From Methanothermobacter thermautotrophicus str. Delta H (GTDB lineage: Archaea > Methanobacteriota > Methanobacteria > Methanobacteriales > Methanothermobacteraceae), in the NCBI RefSeq assembly GCF_000008645.1, contig NC_000916.1, forward strand, positions 120,001 through 152,000: a DNA stretch of 32,000 bases, written 5' to 3'. Position numbers and translations under genes: made by a program. Below the pieces are notes generated by a model that worked only from the letters and a program-made list of their open reading frames with translations, searched no databases and had not been told where the DNA came from. Below, one piece after another: positions 26,694 to 32,000 of this stretch. Positions within the stretch are counted from its first letter, which is position 1, and each line of letters begins with the position of its first letter.

Positions 26694-27710
26694 TTAGACC
26701 ACCCGGGGTATCCGGTCATCCAGGAGGGGCCTGATCACCCGTAGTGGTGTTACTATCATGTTTATCATCTCATCATGCTCCTCAACCGGGACCCTCCTTA
26801 TTATCTGGAGTTCATCAACGGTTGTTGCAAGGGGTGTATCCTCATCTATTGCACCCTGACCCCTGAGTTCAGATATCTCCCTGTCACCGTAGCCTCCACC
26901 CTTACCGAGACGGTTTCCCTGAAGGTCAACAGCCACGGATCCCTCCACAACAAGGTCAACCTGAGGGAACTCCCTGATGGGTGAACCGTACATGTAGGCA
27001 CCCCCTATCGTTGACGCGGCTTCAGCATCAGGTACATCACCCCCTATGAGGAGGTAGCCATCCTTTATCTTTGGGGTGGGCATTATGAGGTCCTTCCCGG
27101 CCTCAAGCACAAGTCTTCTAACCGGGCTCTGGGCCGAGTCAGGGGAGCAGAACACTACACCAGCCCTCTCCCATTCAACTGTCCTCGAAAGCCGCTTCGC
27201 AGCATCAAAAGAACCCTTAAAGTCTGGTATTCGTCCATGGGGCCTCTTACTGACACCCTTCTCCACGAGGAGATCCCAGATGTGGTACTCAACCAAGCGT
27301 TCTCCTCCATCATCGACCTTCCTGGTCCTGATGACACGTGTCCTGGCAATGGCATCAAGGATCCTTAAATGCCCCAGCGGGTAACCCACCAGGAGATCCA
27401 CTGCCAGGGGAAGCCAGAGCACCTTTGAAAGGTTCGTCAGAATCACCTGCCAGGGCTGAAGATCACCCTCCGCTGAGACAACCATAAGGCCCTGCATCCT
27501 CTTACCAGGGGTTCCGCCATGATATTCCAGGTAGCTGAAGTATATAAGTGTTATTAATGCAAGGAGGGGCAGCCAGTAGCTGTAGATGCTGAACAGGTTA
27601 AGGAGCAGCACGGCAGGGTAGACAGCCACCGTGAGGATGTACATTATTGCGGTGACAATCAGAAAGTCCACGATGAATGCATATAACCTCTCTTTCCATA
27701 ACTCAACCAT
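26694..27710 (-). CDS. RDD-family membrane domain fused to a 5-formyltetrahydrofolate cyclo-ligase-like domain
   Basis: N-terminus MVELWKERLYAFIVDFLIVTAIMYIL...GGTPGKRMQGLMVV (RDD pattern); C-terminus EYHIWDLLVEKGVSKRPHGRIPDFKG...GKDLIMPTPKI...GKGGGYGDREISEL (5-FCL-like). Confidence 0.82.
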   Translation of the reverse strand: MVELWKERLYAFIVDFLIVTAIMYILTVAVYPAVLLLNLFSIYSYWLPLLALITLIYFSYLEYHGGTPGKRMQGLMVVSAEGDLQPWQVILTNLSKVLWLPLAVDLLVGYPLGHLRILDAIARTRVIRTRKVDDGGERLVEYHIWDLLVEKGVSKRPHGRIPDFKGSFDAAKRLSRTVEWERAGVVFCSPDSAQSPVRRLVLEAGKDLIMPTPKIKDGYLLIGGDVPDAEAASTIGGAYMYGSPIREFPQVDLVVEGSVAVDLQGNRLGKGGGYGDREISELRGQGAIDEDTPLATTVDELQIIRRVPVEEHDEMINMIVTPLRVIRPLLDDRIPRVV

Positions 27711-27731
27711 ATCACCCCTCCTTCAGGGCCT

Positions 27732-28742
27732 TCAACACACCCTCGGGACAGGATCAGCCACAGGGGCCTCAAGTATCCTTCTTCCCCCAAGGCTGGTCTC
27801 AAGGATCACATGTTTATCATCTGTTACCTCACCTATTATCCGGGCCTCCTCACCGTAGGGGGCACTCCTAACAGCAGCCAGGACGTCCTCGGCGTATTCC
27901 GGGTCCACGCCGATGATAACCTTGCCCTCATTTGCAACCTCATAGGGGTCTATTCCAAGCATCTCGGAGACGGCCTTCACCTCCTCCCGTACGGGTATGC
28001 TGTCCTCATCCAGGACCATACCCACACCTGATTTATCAGCCATCTCATTGAGGGCATTGGCTATACCGCCCCTGGTGGGGTCCTTCATTGCTGTAACACC
28101 CCCCACGTTCAGGGCTGCCTCCACTATACCCCAGACAGGGGCCACATCTGATTCGAGGTCTGTGTCGAATCCGAATCCCTCACGGAATGCCATGAGGGCC
28201 ATCCCATGGTCCCCGACACTCCCGGTCAGTATGATCTTATCACCGGGCCTCAGTCCGGAGTCCCTGACTGTTTCACCACGCCCAACGACACCTATACCTG
28301 TGGTTGTTATGACCATCCTGTCAAGTTTTCCCTGTTCCATGACCTTGGTGTCGCCTGTGACAATGGACACGCCGGTCTCCCTTGAAACTGCGTCCATGGA
28401 CTTTATGATCCTCTCAAGGTCCTCCCCAGGGAATCCCTCACTTATTATCATTGCATTTGCAATTGCAAGGGGCCTTGCCCCCATGACAGATATATCATTG
28501 ACGGTACCTGCAACGGCTATCCTGCCTATGTCCCCTCCCGGGAAGAAGAGGGGGTCAATGGTGTGACCATCCGTACTGATAACGATCTCATAGTCCCCAA
28601 GGGGTATGCTTGCACCGTCGTCGAGGTCCTCGAGGCCAACTCCGCCGTTAACCCTCGTGTTATGGATGTTTGATAGTATTATATCTGATATAAGGTCCTG
28701 CATCACTTCTCCGCCTGCACCATGGGACATGCCGATTTTCAT
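27732..28742 (-). CDS. hypE: Hydrogenase maturation protein HypE
   Basis: SHGAGGEVMQDLI, ISTDGHTIDPLFFPGGDIGRIAVAGTVNDISVMGA, GDHGMALM, MKDPTRGG, C-terminal DPVPRVC. Internal Met at 28742 (MKIGMSHGAGG) preferred over listed 28862. Confidence 0.95.
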   Translation of the reverse strand: MKIGMSHGAGGEVMQDLISDIILSNIHNTRVNGGVGLEDLDDGASIPLGDYEIVISTDGHTIDPLFFPGGDIGRIAVAGTVNDISVMGARPLAIANAMIISEGFPGEDLERIIKSMDAVSRETGVSIVTGDTKVMEQGKLDRMVITTTGIGVVGRGETVRDSGLRPGDKIILTGSVGDHGMALMAFREGFGFDTDLESDVAPVWGIVEAALNVGGVTAMKDPTRGGIANALNEMADKSGVGMVLDEDSIPVREEVKAVSEMLGIDPYEVANEGKVIIGVDPEYAEDVLAAVRSAPYGEEARIIGEVTDDKHVILETSLGGRRILEAPVADPVPRVC

Positions 28743-29107
28743 AGATTCACCTTGCATAATCTCTTGCCTATAGGGTATCTTGCTGATTGTATAAAACCTT
28801 TCACGGACCTCTGTCTGGATTTTATCTGTGTCTGAGAAGCCAGGATATGTATGGATGAACACCCTGATCTGGGGGAATGCATTTATCTGTGACCGGGAAA
28901 ATTAATTACTGTGGCTGCAATCCACTTAAAAAGTGGGAGTGGTACTGCCTTCCGGGCGCGGCCAGGTTTATCTTCCAGCATGATCCTGTGAAGCACAATC
29001 TTTTTAAATGGTGCGGCCCATACTATAGATAAATTTATCTGTACTGAGTCACTAAGTTTCTTAAACTCAGTTTTACTGATTCTTGTATGAATGATTGAGG
29101 TGAAATA

Positions 29108-29491
29108 ATGGCAATCTGGCAAGGTAAATCAATGAAAAAACCCAGTGGCGGAAGAGCCAAGATGAATCGTGGTAAAAGGAAGTACGAACTTGGAAGGGAG
29201 CCTGCTGAGACAAAGATCGGTGACAGGCGTGTAAGGCTGATAAGGACACGCGGAGGTAACACCAAGGTCAGGCTCGCTTCAGATACAAGGATAAACGTTG
29301 TTGACCCTGAAACCGGTAAGGTTGAAATTGCAGAGATAAGGAACGTTGTTGAGAACACAGCGAACCCCCACTTCGTAAGGAGGAACATCATAACCAGGGG
29401 TGCTGTCGTTGAGACAAACCTCGGGAACGTCAGGGTCACATCAAGGCCAGGTCAGGACGGTGTCATAAACGGAGTCCTGATCAGGGAATAA
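29108..29491 (+). CDS. rps8e: 30S ribosomal protein S8e
   Basis: [56 protein letters not shown]..., full-length match to archaeal S8e pattern. Confidence 0.97.
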   Translation: MAIWQGKSMKKPSGGRAKMNRGKRKYELGREPAETKIGDRRVRLIRTRGGNTKVRLASDTRINVVDPETGKVEIAEIRNVVENTANPHFVRRNIITRGAVVETNLGNVRVTSRPGQDGVINGVLIRE

Positions 29492-29509
29492 AAGGATTGA
29501 ACCCCAGCG

Positions 29510-30181
29510 GTGTCCCAGTTGTCTAAGGTGGAGGATGAGATACTCTCCCAGGTGAAAAGGTTCCTGAAACACATAAACAGTAACCTCCCTGAGGGTATGG
29601 AACTGGAATTTGAGGGCTTCTACCGCAGGGGCTTTTTCGTAACAAAGAAGCGATACGCCCTCATAGAGGATGACACAATAGTTGCAAAGGGTCTTGAACT
29701 TGTAAGGCGTGACTGGGCACCAATAGCTAAAAAAACCCAGCGAAAGGTTCTTATGGCCATCCTCCGCGATGGATCTCCTGAGAAGGCAAGGGAGATAATA
29801 AGGGAAGTCGTGGGGCGCATAAGACGGGGTGACGTGGAACTCGATGACCTGGTGATACACACCCAGATCACAAGGGACCTCTCTGAGTACAAACAGATAG
29901 GTCCCCATGTCATCGCTGCAAAGAGATCCCTGGAGAAGGGAAGGCGTGTTGAGAGGGGCTCCATAGTTAGATACATCATCGTGAAGGGAAGGGGCCCCAT
30001 AAGTCAGAGGGCCTTCCCGGTTGAGGACGCAGAAGGCATGGGATACGACCCCGACTATTACATTGAAAACCAGGTGATGGCTGCGGTATCACGCATAATG
30101 TCATCCCTGGGTTACTCCACAGAGGATATGAATTCGTTATCCTCGGGTGAAAGGCAGAGCAGCCTCGACGCGTTCTTTTAA
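29510..30181 (+). CDS. polB2: Family B DNA polymerase small polypeptide (PolB2), C-terminal palm/thumb fragment
   Basis: [89 protein letters not shown] match the C-terminal part of archaeal PolB; 223 aa, as recalled for Methanothermobacter PolB2. Confidence 0.95.
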
Positions 30182-30191
30182 TTGGCTGAAG

Positions 30192-30211
30192 GCTTTCTTT
30201 TAACACTTTTC
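30192..30211 (+). terminator. Candidate oligo-T terminator after polB2
   Basis: CTTTCTTTTTAACACTTTTC shortly after the stop at 30181. Confidence 0.35.
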
Positions 30212-30344
30212 GTTATTTCTAATCAGCTGGAAGCTATCCTTTGTTTTAAGACACCATCTCCATGATTTCCGCATCCCACAGTTAAACCAACAATGTTATA
30301 ATTGATTAGTTATAGAGTTTCATTACAGAGAAATAGGTGGGACG

Positions 30345-31025
30345 ATGCTGAAGGCGGTTTTCTTTGATATTGATGATACTCTCTATGACACCTCAGGATT
30401 TGCTAAACTTGCAAGAAAGGCTGCTCTGAACGTCATGATAGACGCAGGTCTCCCATTAACACAGGAGGAGGCCTACAAGCTTCTCAGGGAGATAATATCC
30501 GAGAAAGGATCAAACTATGACAGGCATTTCAATGTCCTGACAAAGACGGTTTTCGGTGAGGAGAAACCACTGCTCATTGCCCTTGGAATGATAACATACC
30601 ACAACGTCAAGTTCGCCCTCCTGAGACCATTCCCCAACACCACATCCACACTCATTGACCTCAAGAGTAAGGGGTACAGGCTTGGGGTCATCTCAAACGG
30701 CATAACGATAAAGCAGTGGGAGAAGCTCATAAGACTCGGCATCCACCACTTCTTCGATGAGGTCGTCACCTCAGACGAGGTCGGCTTCGAAAAACCCAAC
30801 ATAAGGATCTTTGAGGAGGCCCTCAGGAGGATGGGCTGCAAACCCGAAAGATCAGTGATGGTTGGTAACAAGTTCAATGAGGACATACTGGGAGCCACAA
30901 ATGCGGGTATGTCAGCCATACTGGTCAACTCAGAGTTAACGGAGGCAGAAAGGGATCACGTTGAGAAGAACGGTCTTGATGTTACGGTCATAGATGATAT
31001 CAGTCAGCTTAAGGAGATCCTTTAG
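30345..31025 (+). CDS. HAD-superfamily hydrolase
   Basis: VFFDIDDTLYDTSG, GVISNG, SDEVGFEKPNIRIFEEAL, VGNKFNEDILGATNAGM. Confidence 0.92.
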   Translation: MLKAVFFDIDDTLYDTSGFAKLARKAALNVMIDAGLPLTQEEAYKLLREIISEKGSNYDRHFNVLTKTVFGEEKPLLIALGMITYHNVKFALLRPFPNTTSTLIDLKSKGYRLGVISNGITIKQWEKLIRLGIHHFFDEVVTSDEVGFEKPNIRIFEEALRRMGCKPERSVMVGNKFNEDILGATNAGMSAILVNSELTEAERDHVEKNGLDVTVIDDISQLKEIL

Positions 31026-31125
31026 TTTTCATGTAAGGAGGGATTTCAGCGGGCCTTCCCCGTTCCCATGAAATCTCTCATCCACGGGGGATGAACATGA
31101 TGGACATCGATAAGGGGGATGAATT

Positions 31126-32000
31126 ATGAACTGCGAAGCCTACTACCACGATGAGAACATGGTTGAAATCTTTGAGGAACTGAAACAGCCAAAGACGCTG
31201 GAAGAGCTGGGGTTATCCTATTTCTTCGTAAGGGACCTTATACTGAAGATAATGTTAACCTACGGGACCGTTAAAACCCAGAGAATGACGGATATAACGG
31301 GCATACACCTTGATATACTTGAAGAGATCCTGGGTCAGATGGAGAAGGACGGATTCTGCGCCCAGGTTGGGGGCAGTTTCCTGTTTTCCAGTGTCGAATA
31401 CACCCTCACAAGGAGGGGTGTTGAGAAGGCCCGCCTTGTAATGGAGGAAAACCCCTACATAGGGATAGCTCCGGTGCCCTATGAGAGATACTTTGAGCTG
31501 ATGGATAAGCAGCTGAGTAACCGTTTCCCCATCAGGATACCTGATGAGGTTATTGAAAAGACCTTCAGGGATGTGGTGGGACTATCCTATGCAAAGGAGT
31601 GTCTCGTGGAGTCCTGCACAATAGGTAAGGGGCTCTTTGTCTATGGAGCTCCCGGTACAGGTAAGACATTCATAATAAGCAAGGCCTCCGACCTCCTGCC
31701 TCCCCTCGTGATCCCCCGCTTCATAGAGTTCAGCGGAAGGGTTATACAGATCTATGACCCTGACTTCCACAGGCCATGCCCTGAAGAACCCGAAGACCCC
31801 AGATGGATAAAGATACACGCCCCATTCGTTTTCACGGGCTCAGAATTAAGTTTAAATGAACTGGAGACAACCTACAACATGAACAAGGGGGTCTATGAGA
31901 CCTCACCCATCATAAAGGCCAATGGTGGAGTCCTTCTCATAGATGACCTTGGAAGGCAGCGGGATGACCATGAGGTGATCCTCAACCGCCTCATCGTCCC
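31126..32000 (+). CDS. AAA+ type ATPase with N-terminal helical/winged-helix-like region, 3'-truncated by the window edge
   Basis: Absent from the ORF track because no stop lies in the window. Translating from ATG 31126: MNCEAYYHDENMVEIFEELKQPKTLEELGLSYFFVRDLILKIML...GKGLFVYGAPGTGKTFIISKASDLLPP...NGGVLLIDDLGRQRDDHEVILNRLIV. Confidence 0.85.
   Translation, partial: MNCEAYYHDENMVEIFEELKQPKTLEELGLSYFFVRDLILKIMLTYGTVKTQRMTDITGIHLDILEEILGQMEKDGFCAQVGGSFLFSSVEYTLTRRGVEKARLVMEENPYIGIAPVPYERYFELMDKQLSNRFPIRIPDEVIEKTFRDVVGLSYAKECLVESCTIGKGLFVYGAPGTGKTFIISKASDLLPPLVIPRFIEFSGRVIQIYDPDFHRPCPEEPEDPRWIKIHAPFVFTGSELSLNELETTYNMNKGVYETSPIIKANGGVLLIDDLGRQRDDHEVILNRLIV

Noticed and set aside
1-32000. Prophage, integrase, transposase, toxin-antitoxin or restriction-modification locus
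   Set aside because: Scanned translated ORFs for such motifs; none recognised. The window is mostly housekeeping and metabolic genes.

Overview
This 32 kb window looks like ordinary chromosomal DNA from a thermophilic hydrogenotrophic methanogen, very probably Methanothermobacter. The strongest clue is a 223-aa stand-alone C-terminal fragment of family B DNA polymerase (PolB2 type) directly downstream of rps8e. Genes I can support, in order: a PAS/HisKA_2 sensor kinase fragment; an MnmC-like methyltransferase; tgtA; nac; a CpdA-like metallophosphoesterase (frame broken near its 3' end); an NYN/PIN-type RNase; a membrane-anchored palm-domain nucleotide cyclase/GTP-cyclohydrolase-III-like protein; argJ and argB; an isocitrate/isopropylmalate-type dehydrogenase; a TPR protein; a HEAT-repeat protein (frame broken); malate dehydrogenase; pdxT; a split glutamate synthase operon; an MFS exporter; an AAA ATPase/DUF234 protein; a CDGSH protein; a CbiM/NikM-like cassette; a DEAD-box helicase; an RDD/5-FCL-like fusion; hypE; rps8e-polB2; a HAD hydrolase; and a 3'-truncated AAA+ ATPase. 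I saw no CRISPR array, rRNA, tRNA or transposase. The two best candidates for something under-described are (i) the phosphodiesterase / NYN nuclease / palm-domain cyclase cluster at 4.8-7.8 kb, a possible nucleotide-second-messenger RNase module, and (ii) an apparently circularly permuted FrhB/FdhB-family subunit at 16566-17624 inside the split glutamate synthase operon, which suggests an F420-linked GOGAT. All family calls come from motif recognition by eye. No database search was run.
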